A stretch of DNA of 64,000 nt from Pontiellaceae bacterium (GTDB lineage Bacteria; Verrucomicrobiota; Kiritimatiellia; Kiritimatiellales; Tichowtungiaceae). Below, piece after piece: positions 6,943 through 15,679 of this stretch. The stretch spans positions 27,745-91,744 of the forward strand of contig JBGAJP010000003.1 of NCBI GenBank assembly GCA_044224855.1. The letters run 5' to 3'. Position 1 is the first letter of the stretch, and each line of letters starts with the position of its first letter. Below the pieces are notes generated by a model that made no database searches, was not told the origin of the DNA, and saw only the letters and a program-made list of their open reading frames with translations. A program made the position numbers and the translations under genes.

Positions 6943-7848
6943 TTATTCATCGCTCTTAATCGGATCAAGCACCCAGCGCTTGTTGAACCAGAAGTATTGT
7001 TCGGGGCGGGCGCGGATTTCGGCGTCGAAGATGGAGACGAGCTGCTGCATCATCCGCTGCCAGTCTTCTTTTTTGTCGGCGGCCGGATCGGGGAAGATGG
7101 GATCGAATACTTTGTAGTCGTGGTGTGTCCAGCCGTTGCGGATGAGGGCGACGGGATAGATCGGGCAGTGCGCCATCTGGGCAAAGAGCGCCGCGCCTGC
7201 GCCGAGGTTGGCTTTACCGCCGAGGAAATCAATTGCGAGCGCTTCGGTCCGTGAGCGGACGTCGGGCAGGATGGCCAGCACGCCGCCTTTTTTCAGCTGG
7301 CGGACGACGTTCTGCAGAACGCGCGAGTCGTTCAAGACGACTTCCATGCCGGTGGCGTTGCGCATTTTGTTGAGCAGTTCATCGGTCAGCGGATTTTTCT
7401 GGCGCCGTGCGATGGAAAAGACCGGTAGTCCGGCCAGTTTGCAGGCGACGCCGCCGAGATCCCAGTTGCCCATGTGGGCGGTGGCGAAAATGAAGGCGCC
7501 GTTTTTCCGGTGAAGTTCCTGCATCGCGACGATGCCGGGATAGAGCGCGGTTTTTTCCAGCTGTCCCATGGTCAGTTTGCCGAAGCGCGCGGCTTCGACC
7601 GCGTTGAAGCAGATGTTGCGGAAGGAAAGCCATGCAATGCGACGGCGCTCTTTGGCGGTGAAGCGGTCGCCGAATACTTCCTTCAGCCGGCGCTGCGCTT
7701 CGGCGGTGCGGAAGCGCAGGACATAAAAGAAAAACGCGCCGATCAGCCAGCCGACGGTCAGCGCGACGCGCAGCGGCAGAATATTCACAAGGCCGAGCAG
7801 TCCGCGCAGCAGAACGTATTCGACGATATGTTTCGGGCGGTGTTTCAT
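6943..7848 (-). CDS. Lipid A biosynthesis lauroyl/myristoyl acyltransferase family protein (LpxL/HtrB-like)
   Basis: N-terminal TM helix and an HX4D acyltransferase motif (ATAHMGNWDLGG). The track start at 7902 is TTG and overlaps the dnaE stop. ATG at 7848 is chosen, but the start is uncertain. Confidence 0.75.
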   Translation of the reverse strand: MKHRPKHIVEYVLLRGLLGLVNILPLRVALTVGWLIGAFFFYVLRFRTAEAQRRLKEVFGDRFTAKERRRIAWLSFRNICFNAVEAARFGKLTMGQLEKTALYPGIVAMQELHRKNGAFIFATAHMGNWDLGGVACKLAGLPVFSIARRQKNPLTDELLNKMRNATGMEVVLNDSRVLQNVVRQLKKGGVLAILPDVRSRTEALAIDFLGGKANLGAGAALFAQMAHCPIYPVALIRNGWTHHDYKVFDPIFPDPAADKKEDWQRMMQQLVSIFDAEIRARPEQYFWFNKRWVLDPIKSDE

Positions 7849-7898
7849 GCGGCGCAGTCTAAATGTCTTAAGGTCTGGAAGTCGAAGGTCATTTTTGA

Positions 7899-10800
7899 TC
7901 AACCTCGTTTCCCGTTGAATCTCCGGCGGGGCGGATCGTGCAGGAACGGTTTGGATTTTGTGCCGACATAAACGGCATCTTCGCCCAGCAGATGTTCGAG
8001 CTTGTGAATCAGTTCCGGCGAGGCGGCCACCTGCGAAGTCCGGTCGGCCTTGATGAAAATCTTTTCGCCGGAATCGAGCAGGACGCAGATATTCAGCGGC
8101 GTTGGGCCGGGATGTTCCGCTGCGATTTTTTTGACGGCCTCAAGCTTTTCTTTGCTCAGCGACGGTTCAGGCAGATGCAGGCTGACTTTCTCGGCAAACA
8201 GAGACGGAGCGGCGGCCAGCGGGAACAGTTCCGACACCTGAATTTCCAGTTCGTCACGGAAGTCTTTGGTGATGCGGCCTGAAGCCATCAGCGGCGCGCC
8301 GTCTTCGAGCAGTTTTTCAAACTTCGGAAACTCGCTGGACCAGACGACGGCGTTGACGGCGGCTTCGAGGCCCTCAAGCCGGAAGCGGGCGTAGGGCTTC
8401 GGACTGTCTTCCGGAGTTTTCGGTTTGGTGAAAACCTTTTTATATTTGTCTACCAGTCCGCCGACGCGCACATAGGCTTTCTGTTCGTCGTCTCCGGCGG
8501 CTTCGATCACATCGGCCATTTCGCCGATGCGCTGGAGCGCGAAGGTGCGCAGCGTCCATTCATGTTCGGCCAGCGGATGGCCGGAAATGTAAAAGCCGAT
8601 CAGTTCTTTTTCCGCCGAAAGCATTTCGCTGTCCGGCCACGGTTCGACGGCGGGCAGGTCGTCGTCGCTGTCCTGCGCGGGGCCGCCGCCGAGCATATCG
8701 AAGAGCGAGCATTGTCCGCTCAGTTTATCTTTTTGAGCGCTTTGCGCCCGGCCCATTGCCATTTCAATGCCGGCGAACAGGCGGCTGCGCGGTTTATGAC
8801 AGAAATCGAACGCGCCGCATTTGATCAGGCTTTCCAGCGTTTTACGGTTCACTTCGCGCGAATCGATACGGGCGCAGAAATCCATCAGCCCTTTGAACGG
8901 GCCGTTTTTTTCGCGTTCGGCGGAAATGATTTCAACCGCGCCGGCGCCGACGTTCTTCACGCCGGCCATCCCGAAGTGGATGGCGCCTTTGGCGGGGCGG
9001 AAGCGGGCGACGCTTTCGTTGACGCTCGGAGCCTGGACGTTGAGACCCATTTCGCGCGTTTCGGCCAGCATCATCGCCAGCTTGTCGGGATTGCCCATTT
9101 CACTGGAGAGCATGGCGGACATGAATTCTTCAGGGTAGTTGGCCTTCAGCCACGCGGTCTGGTAGGAGATGATGCCGTAGGCGGCGCTGTGCGATTTGTT
9201 GAAGCCGTACTGCGCGAATTTTTCGATCATATCCCAGAGCTTCTGGGCCAGCTTCTGGTCGATGTTGTTGGTTTTTTTGCAGCCGTCGATAAAGCTGGCG
9301 CGCTGGGCGTCCATGACGGCTTTATCTTTTTTACCCATCGCGCGGCGCAGCAAGTCGCCCTGACCGAGCGAGAATCCCGCCAGCTTGTTGGCGGCCTGCT
9401 GAATCTGTTCCTGATAGACGATAATGCCGTAGGTTTCTTTGACGATGCCTTCGAGCAGCGGATGTTCATACTGAATCTTCACCTTGCCGTGCTTGCGCGC
9501 GATAAATTCGTCGATGAACTGCATCGGGCCGGGACGGTAAAGCGCGATCATGGCGATCAGGTCTTCGACGCGGTCGAGGCCGATTTTGCGCAGCGTGTCG
9601 CGCATACCGGGACTTTCTACCTGAAACACGCCGATCGTATCACCGCGGTTGAGCAGTTCGTAGGTCTTCCTGTCGTCGAGCGGAATTTTCAGAATATCCA
9701 GTTCGACGCCGTGGTTGGCGCGGATGTTGTCCACGGCTTCCTGAATGACCGTCAGCGTTTTCAGACCGAGGAAGTCCATCTTAAGCAGGCCGATGGCTTC
9801 CATCGGCTTCATTTCAAACTGGGTGATGACCTGTTTGTCTTTATCCCGCGAGAGAGGAAGAATGTCGATCAGCGGCTTTTCGCCGATGACCACGCCGGCG
9901 GCGTGCGTGCCGGTATGACGCGGCAGACCTTCGAGGATCTGCGCGTACTTCATGATTTCGCGGGCGGTTGGATCGCTGGCGCAGGCGCGCTTGAAGTCGG
10001 GGTTTTCGGCCAGCGCCTGTTCGAGTGTTGCGCCGGGCGTTTCGGGAACCATCTTGGCGAGCTTGTCGCACTCGTTGAGCGGCAGGCCCAGTACGCGTCC
10101 GAGGTCGCGGATCACCGTCTTCGCGCCGAGCGTTCCGAAGGTGATAATCTGCGCGACGTTTTCGCGGCCGTACTTGTCTTTGACGTACTCAATCACTTCG
10201 CCGCGCCGCGCCTGGCAGAAGTCGATATCAAAGTCCGGCGGCGAAACGCGGTCGGGATTTAGGAAGCGTTCAAAAATCAGATTATAAAGCAGCGGGTCGA
10301 GCGCCGTGATGCCGAGCGCGTAGGCCAGCATGCTGCCTGCGCCCGAACCGCGGCCCGGGCCGACCGGAATGCCGTGGTCTTTTGCCCAGCTGATGAAGTC
10401 CTGTACCACGAGGAAATAGTTGATGAAGCCGGTTTTCTCGATGATGCCGACTTCATAGTTGAAGCGCTCGGCTACACGCTTCTCAATGTCGGTCTTCGGG
10501 TTGTCGAGATCTTCGACCGGATAGAGCCGCTTCAGCCCCGCAATACCGGTCGCCATCAGGTATTCCTTCTGGTTTTTGTATTCCGGCGGAATGGCGTAAG
10601 TCGGGAAATGCAGCGGCGGATTATCGACGTTAAACTCAACGTTGCAGCGGCGCGCGATTTCAACGGTGTTGGCGAGCGCTTCCGCATGGTCGGGGAAAAG
10701 CCGCTCCATCTCCGCGCCGCTCTTCATATAAAATTCGCTGCCGGAATAGCTCATCCGGTTGGTGTCGCTTACCAGATTGCCCTGCTGGAGACAGATCAGT

Positions 10801-11459
10801 ACATCGTGCGCATCGCGGTGATCTTTGCGGATATAGTGAACGTCGTTGGTGGCCACCAGCGGCAGGCCGGTGCGCTTCGCCACCTCAATAATGTGCTTAT
10901 TGGCGGTTTTCTGTTCCGGAATACCGTGATCCTGAATTTCCAGGAAGAAATTATCGATGCCGAGAATCTCCGCATACTCTTTCGCCAGCACCACAGCTTT
11001 ATCGACGGCACCTTCAGCGCAGGCTTCGGCGATTTCACCCTTCAGGCAGGCGGACAGGCCGATCAGTCCCTTGCTGTACTGGCGGAGAATTTTCTTATCA
11101 ATGCGCGGCTTGTAATAGAAGCCCTCCAGATGGCCGAGGGAAACCAGATGCATCAGGTTGTTGTAACCTTCGTTATCTTCCGCCAGCAGAACCAGATGCA
11201 GATTATCGGCCTGCGACGTCTTCTCGTCCATTCCGTTGCGGGCAATGTACACTTCGCAGCCGATGATCGGCTTAATGCCCGCTTTGCGCGCCTGCTTATA
11301 GAAATCAATCACGCCGTACAGAACGCCGTGGTCGGTAATCGCCAGATGCTCCTGACCCAGCTCCTTGGCGGTTTTAACGGCCTCCGCCACCTTGCACGAG
11401 CTGTCGAGCAGGCTGTATTCGGTGTGAAAATGAAGATGGCAGAACGGTACGGATTTCAT
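7899..11459 (-). CDS. dnaE: DNA polymerase III alpha subunit
   Basis: PHP domain start MKSVPFCHLHFHTEYSLLDS, polymerase core and OB-fold length are consistent. The track start at 11621 adds 54 non-conserved residues. Confidence 0.95.
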   Translation of the reverse strand: MKSVPFCHLHFHTEYSLLDSSCKVAEAVKTAKELGQEHLAITDHGVLYGVIDFYKQARKAGIKPIIGCEVYIARNGMDEKTSQADNLHLVLLAEDNEGYNNLMHLVSLGHLEGFYYKPRIDKKILRQYSKGLIGLSACLKGEIAEACAEGAVDKAVVLAKEYAEILGIDNFFLEIQDHGIPEQKTANKHIIEVAKRTGLPLVATNDVHYIRKDHRDAHDVLICLQQGNLVSDTNRMSYSGSEFYMKSGAEMERLFPDHAEALANTVEIARRCNVEFNVDNPPLHFPTYAIPPEYKNQKEYLMATGIAGLKRLYPVEDLDNPKTDIEKRVAERFNYEVGIIEKTGFINYFLVVQDFISWAKDHGIPVGPGRGSGAGSMLAYALGITALDPLLYNLIFERFLNPDRVSPPDFDIDFCQARRGEVIEYVKDKYGRENVAQIITFGTLGAKTVIRDLGRVLGLPLNECDKLAKMVPETPGATLEQALAENPDFKRACASDPTAREIMKYAQILEGLPRHTGTHAAGVVIGEKPLIDILPLSRDKDKQVITQFEMKPMEAIGLLKMDFLGLKTLTVIQEAVDNIRANHGVELDILKIPLDDRKTYELLNRGDTIGVFQVESPGMRDTLRKIGLDRVEDLIAMIALYRPGPMQFIDEFIARKHGKVKIQYEHPLLEGIVKETYGIIVYQEQIQQAANKLAGFSLGQGDLLRRAMGKKDKAVMDAQRASFIDGCKKTNNIDQKLAQKLWDMIEKFAQYGFNKSHSAAYGIISYQTAWLKANYPEEFMSAMLSSEMGNPDKLAMMLAETREMGLNVQAPSVNESVARFRPAKGAIHFGMAGVKNVGAGAVEIISAEREKNGPFKGLMDFCARIDSREVNRKTLESLIKCGAFDFCHKPRSRLFAGIEMAMGRAQSAQKDKLSGQCSLFDMLGGGPAQDSDDDLPAVEPWPDSEMLSAEKELIGFYISGHPLAEHEWTLRTFALQRIGEMADVIEAAGDDEQKAYVRVGGLVDKYKKVFTKPKTPEDSPKPYARFRLEGLEAAVNAVVWSSEFPKFEKLLEDGAPLMASGRITKDFRDELEIQVSELFPLAAAPSLFAEKVSLHLPEPSLSKEKLEAVKKIAAEHPGPTPLNICVLLDSGEKIFIKADRTSQVAASPELIHKLEHLLGEDAVYVGTKSKPFLHDPPRRRFNGKRG

Positions 11460-11811
11460 AGGTTGGCCGCCCATATTACCCATCCCGCCCGCCGGGGAAA
11501 GACCGGAGTTTTTCAGCCTCGGGAACTTTTCCGCTAACCCCTTCCAATTGTTGGAGAAATAAGAATAATTTTTTGCCATGTCTGGCGGACGTGACCCTGA
11601 AAATAGCGAGATAGCCCTCATTACCTTTCAGACCTAACAGCTCAGACTGCTGCCTGTCGGAGTCTCAGTATTTGCGGGATTTCCTTTGGAAAATATAAAA
11701 ACCTTCTATTACTCTTAATTTTCCTTTGATAGCATGCCGCAGTTCGCAGGCAGATATTCCGCAGTTTATATAAACTGCACCCTATTACGGAACACGAACA
11801 GGAGAGCGCAA

Positions 11812-12201
11812 ATGGAGGACATTATTTACTGCCGGCAATGCGGGCAGAAGAATCAGGAGAATAACTATAAATGCACGCAATGCGGAGTGGAGTTGCACCT
11901 GTCGCCGCGGCTCCCGGTGATTATTGAGGATGATAATACGCTGGGAGGCTTGATTCCGTATAAGAACGGACAAGCGCTGGCATCATACTATCTCGGAGTA
12001 TTCTCTTTCATTCCGGTTTTTGGAATTCTGCCGGGAGTGGCGGCGGTGATTACAGGGATTCTGGGTCTCCGGCGTTGCCGACTTACTCCGCAGATCCGTG
12101 GTGGAATACACGCCGGAGTCGGTTTGTTTTTAGGTGCCGTATGCACGGCCGGAAACGTTCTTCTAATTTTTTCTATCGTTAAATTGTTGAGCGGAAATTA
12201 A
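11812..12201 (+). CDS. Zinc-ribbon plus DUF4190-like small membrane protein
   Basis: MEDIIYCRQCGQKNQENNYKCTQCG (CxxC...CxxC) followed by two TM helices (GILPGVAAVITGILGL...). GGAGAG RBS. Confidence 0.65.
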   Translation: MEDIIYCRQCGQKNQENNYKCTQCGVELHLSPRLPVIIEDDNTLGGLIPYKNGQALASYYLGVFSFIPVFGILPGVAAVITGILGLRRCRLTPQIRGGIHAGVGLFLGAVCTAGNVLLIFSIVKLLSGN

Positions 12202-12215
12202 ACACGGAGGCAGAG

Positions 12216-12578
12216 ATGTATTGTCAGAAATGCGGAGCTCAGGTTGAAGATTCGGCGGATGTTTGCTCTCAATGCGGAGAAGCACAAACGGCGGCTGTTG
12301 CCGCAGCTATCCCTCCGGCGAAAATTCCAAACTATCTGGCACAGTCTATTCTGGTGACGTTGCTGTGCTGTCTGCCGCTGGGAATCCCTGCCATTGTATT
12401 CGCCGCACAGGTGAACGGAAAAATTCAGGCGGGAGATGTCTCCGGTGCTCAGGCGTCGTCCCGCAAGGCTAAGATGTGGTGCTGGTGGTCTTTTGGCGTT
12501 GGTTTGGTGGCCATTATCCTGCAAATAGGCTTCCAGATTCTGGTTATGGCGGGAGCTGTAGCCGCCAAAGCCCATTAA
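12216..12578 (+). CDS. Zinc-ribbon plus CD225/dispanin (IFITM-like) family membrane protein
   Basis: MYCQKCGAQVEDSADVCSQCG, then the CD225-type segment IPNYLAQSILVTLLCCLPLGIPAIVFAAQV and a second TM helix. Confidence 0.65.
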   Translation: MYCQKCGAQVEDSADVCSQCGEAQTAAVAAAIPPAKIPNYLAQSILVTLLCCLPLGIPAIVFAAQVNGKIQAGDVSGAQASSRKAKMWCWWSFGVGLVAIILQIGFQILVMAGAVAAKAH

Positions 12579-12958
12579 TGAACTTGTTTGCTCGCCAAAC
12601 CCTTCCATTCGTCATTGCGGGCGGAGTGTTTCTGTCTGCAACGACGGTTTTGTTTCTGGTTGATCCATCCGGGGTCAAATGGTTTCCGTCGTGTCCTGTT
12701 TATTCGCTGGCGGGCGTTTACTGCCCCGGCTGCGGATCGCTCCGGGCGCTTCATCAGCTGCTGCATGGGAATTTTACCGGCGCTCTGGCCATGAATCCAT
12801 TGATGGTGCTGTCGTTGCCGTTCCTTGGTGCGCTATTTTTGCGACCATCGTTTGGTCATAAGGTTTGGGTGCCTTGGTTTTGTTTTGTCGTTCTAATTCT
12901 TTATTGTGTTCTCAGAAATATTCCACTGTTACCGTTTACCTGGCTGGCCCCGCATTAA
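12578..12958 (+). CDS. DUF2752 family membrane protein
   Basis: SCPVYSLAGVYCPGCGSLRALHQLLHG is the DUF2752 CP...CPGCG signature. The start overlaps the previous stop (TAATG). Confidence 0.65.
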   Translation: MNLFARQTLPFVIAGGVFLSATTVLFLVDPSGVKWFPSCPVYSLAGVYCPGCGSLRALHQLLHGNFTGALAMNPLMVLSLPFLGALFLRPSFGHKVWVPWFCFVVLILYCVLRNIPLLPFTWLAPH

Positions 12959-12971
12959 ATAAAAGGAGTAC

Positions 12972-13385
12972 ATGATGAATGCTGAGGAAAACAAGTATGT
13001 CAACCTGCTTTCGGTTTTTCATTATGTAGTAGGCGGCCTAACTGCTTTGATTTCCTGCATCTTTCTCCTCCACTTTTTTGTGGGCCTTGCGATGGTGACC
13101 GGTATGTTCCCGATGAAGCCCGGTGATACGCCGCCGCCACAGTTGTTCGGCTGGTTTTTTGTTGTGATGGGCGCGGTATTTGTTTTCGGGGGCTGGACAA
13201 TAGCGGTCAGCATGATTGTCGCGGGCATAAAACTGAAAAAACACAAAGCGCGAATATTCTGTATGGTGGTTGCTGGGATCGAATGCATGTTTATGCCGTT
13301 TGGAACGGTTTTAGGTGTCTTTACTCTGATTCTGCTCAACAAGGATTCCATCAAACAGGCTTTTGTACCGGTAGATGCTTCCTAG
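12972..13385 (+). CDS. Small multi-pass membrane protein, unknown function
   Basis: 137 aa with four hydrophobic segments. AAGGAG RBS. Confidence 0.55.
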   Translation: MMNAEENKYVNLLSVFHYVVGGLTALISCIFLLHFFVGLAMVTGMFPMKPGDTPPPQLFGWFFVVMGAVFVFGGWTIAVSMIVAGIKLKKHKARIFCMVVAGIECMFMPFGTVLGVFTLILLNKDSIKQAFVPVDAS

Positions 13386-13390
13386 TGTTC

Positions 13391-13876
13391 TCACTCCGCC
13401 TGTTGAGTGAGAGGCTTGGGGCGGAATTCGGGATGGCGGATCTGTCCGCCGGCTTCGGCCGTCCAGACGAGCAGAGCGGTGCAGACAATGCAGGCGGCCA
13501 GTACAATGACGGCGAGTTTATACTGATGCCGGGGCCGGATGCGCATGACCAGCAGTCCTGCAGCGGAAAGTCCCATCGCGATGTAAACAAAAGCCGACGC
13601 AATATCGGCCCGTTCTTCATGTTCGTGCAGAAACATTCCGGCGGCAGGGTCGAGCTGAACTCCGGCCGCGTCCGTGGCCAGCCGTTCGGCCGCGACGTCG
13701 CCGGTTTCCGAAACAGCCGGAATGCTGAGTCCGCAGAGAAGAACGATCAAAAAGCCGGAAAGCAGAGCGCCCCGGTCTTTAGTAATCAGGGCAATTGCCA
13801 GAGGAATGATGGCGACTGCCAGTCCGATCAGCGCGACGTGATTCAGTGCGACATGCAGATGTTCCGGTGTAAACAT
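13391..13876 (-). CDS. Multi-pass membrane protein, unknown function
   Basis: 161 aa, hydrophobic, with a strong AAGGAGG RBS. Confidence 0.55.
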   Translation of the reverse strand: MFTPEHLHVALNHVALIGLAVAIIPLAIALITKDRGALLSGFLIVLLCGLSIPAVSETGDVAAERLATDAAGVQLDPAAGMFLHEHEERADIASAFVYIAMGLSAAGLLVMRIRPRHQYKLAVIVLAACIVCTALLVWTAEAGGQIRHPEFRPKPLTQQAE

Positions 13877-13894
13877 GATGATTCCTCCTTTTGG

Positions 13895-15679
13895 TTATGA
13901 TACGGGGGCGTGCTGCAGCAGTTCGTAGAGTTGGCGGTAGTATCCGTCGTGCGCCATGAGTTCGTCGTGTGTGCCCTGGTCGATCAGTTCGCCGTGGCGC
14001 ATGACGAGGATGCGGTCGGCATAGCGGATGGTGGAGAGGCGGTGGGCGATGACGATGCTGGTGCGGTTTTCCATCAGTTTGCCGAGTGCATCCTGAATGA
14101 GCATTTCCGTGGCGGTATCGACGTTGGCGGTGGCTTCATCAAGGACGAAGAGCAGTTCGGGATTCTGTGCCAGCGTGCGGGCCATGACGATGAGCTGTTT
14201 CTGGCCGAGCGAAAGCCCGCCGCCGCGCTCATTCAGAACGGTGTCGTAGCCGGCCGGCAGAGCGCTGATGAATTTATGCGCATTCACCGACTGGGCGGCG
14301 CGGACGATGTCGTCGCGGGTCAGGCCGGGATGAAGCAGGGAAATGTTATCCGCGACTGAACCGGCGAAAAGAAACGGTTCCTGGAAAACATAGCCGACCC
14401 GGCTGCGCAGATCCGTTTTACTGAAGTCGCGCACGTCGGTTCCGCCGATGGTGACGCGCCCGCGCTGTACATCGTAGAAACGGCCGATGAGGTTGATGAT
14501 GGTGCTCTTGCCCGCGCCGGTCGCGCCGACGACGGCGAGGACCTGTCCGGGTTCGACGGAAAAGCTCAGGTCTTTAATCACCCAGTTTTCTTTTTCGTAC
14601 GCGAACCAGACATTTTCGAAGGCGATCGCGCCGCCGATGCGCCCGCCGGAAACCGGATGCACGGGATCGGGGACGGTTTCCGGCGTATCCATCAGCTCAA
14701 AGATGCGTTCGGCCGAGGCCATGGCGACCTGAAACGCGCCGGCTTTGTCGGAGAGCGAACCGAGCGGGCGGAAGAAGTCGCGGATGTAGGCGAGGAAGGC
14801 GATGAGCACGCCGAGCGTCAGCGCATTGCCGCCGTGCAGAAGCCACCAGCCTCCGGCGCCGAGAATGACCGCGATAGCCAGCGCCTGACCGGTTTCAATG
14901 ACCGGGAAATAGATGCTGAACCAGCGGACTTCCTCATAGTTTGCGGCGCGCAGGTCGGTGTTATGCGCATCAAAGTCAGCTTTCGCGGTCGGCTCGCGGT
15001 TGAAGAGCTGGATGGTGGGCATGCCGGTGATATCTTCCTGAAGCAGCGCATTCAGCGCGGCCTGCCGCTTGCGGATCTGCCGGTTCGCCTCGCGCAGATG
15101 GCGGTTGACCCAAACGAGCAGCGCAAAGAGCGGCGGAAGCAGAACAAACAAGACGCCTGAAAGCCGCGGGCTGATGGCGATCATATAGCCCATAATGCCG
15201 AGCAGCATGAACAGGTCGGCGACGGTTCCGACCACACCTTCCGTAACGAAATTTTCCAGCCGTTCGATGTCGGAGGTGACGCGGGTCAGCAGCGTGCCGA
15301 CGGGAGTCCGGTCGAACCAGGCCTGCTGCATGCGCAGCGCTTTTTTGAATACTGCGACGCGCAGATCATAAATGATCCGCTGGCCGATCCACGCGGTCAG
15401 CATGCCTTGCAGGTAGCGCAGCGAGTAGCCGACTACGGCGATGACGAGGTAAATCCAGCTGATGCGCGACAGCCGGTCGAGCCGGACTTCGGCAGGCGCG
15501 GCCGTATCCAGCAGGCAGGAGTCGGTCAGCTGTTTGATCAGCACCGGCAGGTAGTTGATCAGGACGGAAACCGCCAGAATCAGCACCAGCGAGACCAGCA
15601 GTCCGCGCCAGTAAGGCAGCGCATACTGCAGCAGCCGCCGCGCGAGACTGCGTTTCGGTTTGATGTCCGGCGCGCTCAT
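13895..15679 (-). CDS. ABC exporter, fused permease/ATPase (MsbA/MdlB-like), subunit 2 of a heterodimer
   Basis: Six-TM N-terminal half. Walker A GATGAGKST, signature LSLGQKQ, Walker B LFVLDEATA. The start overlaps the upstream partner's stop. Confidence 0.9.
   Translation of the reverse strand: MSAPDIKPKRSLARRLLQYALPYWRGLLVSLVLILAVSVLINYLPVLIKQLTDSCLLDTAAPAEVRLDRLSRISWIYLVIAVVGYSLRYLQGMLTAWIGQRIIYDLRVAVFKKALRMQQAWFDRTPVGTLLTRVTSDIERLENFVTEGVVGTVADLFMLLGIMGYMIAISPRLSGVLFVLLPPLFALLVWVNRHLREANRQIRKRQAALNALLQEDITGMPTIQLFNREPTAKADFDAHNTDLRAANYEEVRWFSIYFPVIETGQALAIAVILGAGGWWLLHGGNALTLGVLIAFLAYIRDFFRPLGSLSDKAGAFQVAMASAERIFELMDTPETVPDPVHPVSGGRIGGAIAFENVWFAYEKENWVIKDLSFSVEPGQVLAVVGATGAGKSTIINLIGRFYDVQRGRVTIGGTDVRDFSKTDLRSRVGYVFQEPFLFAGSVADNISLLHPGLTRDDIVRAAQSVNAHKFISALPAGYDTVLNERGGGLSLGQKQLIVMARTLAQNPELLFVLDEATANVDTATEMLIQDALGKLMENRTSIVIAHRLSTIRYADRILVMRHGELIDQGTHDELMAHDGYYRQLYELLQHAPVS

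Noticed and set aside
8562-10262. 566-aa plus-strand ORF (plus 10374-11537, 387 aa) opposite dnaE
   Set aside because: These are antisense shadow ORFs, typical of high-GC coding DNA. Their composition is dominated by Arg, Gly, Ala and Val runs, no motif is recognisable, and the opposite strand encodes an unmistakable DnaE.
11460-11621. N-terminal extensions suggested by the ORF track (dnaE to 11621, ychF to 30845, GNAT-like to 32041, synthase fusion from 49033, ferredoxin from 47214, antitoxin to 2542)
   Set aside because: The extensions are Arg/Pro/Ser-rich, overlap neighbouring genes or repeats, and precede internal ATGs that restore the canonical family N-termini (PHP HxH, P-loop and so on).
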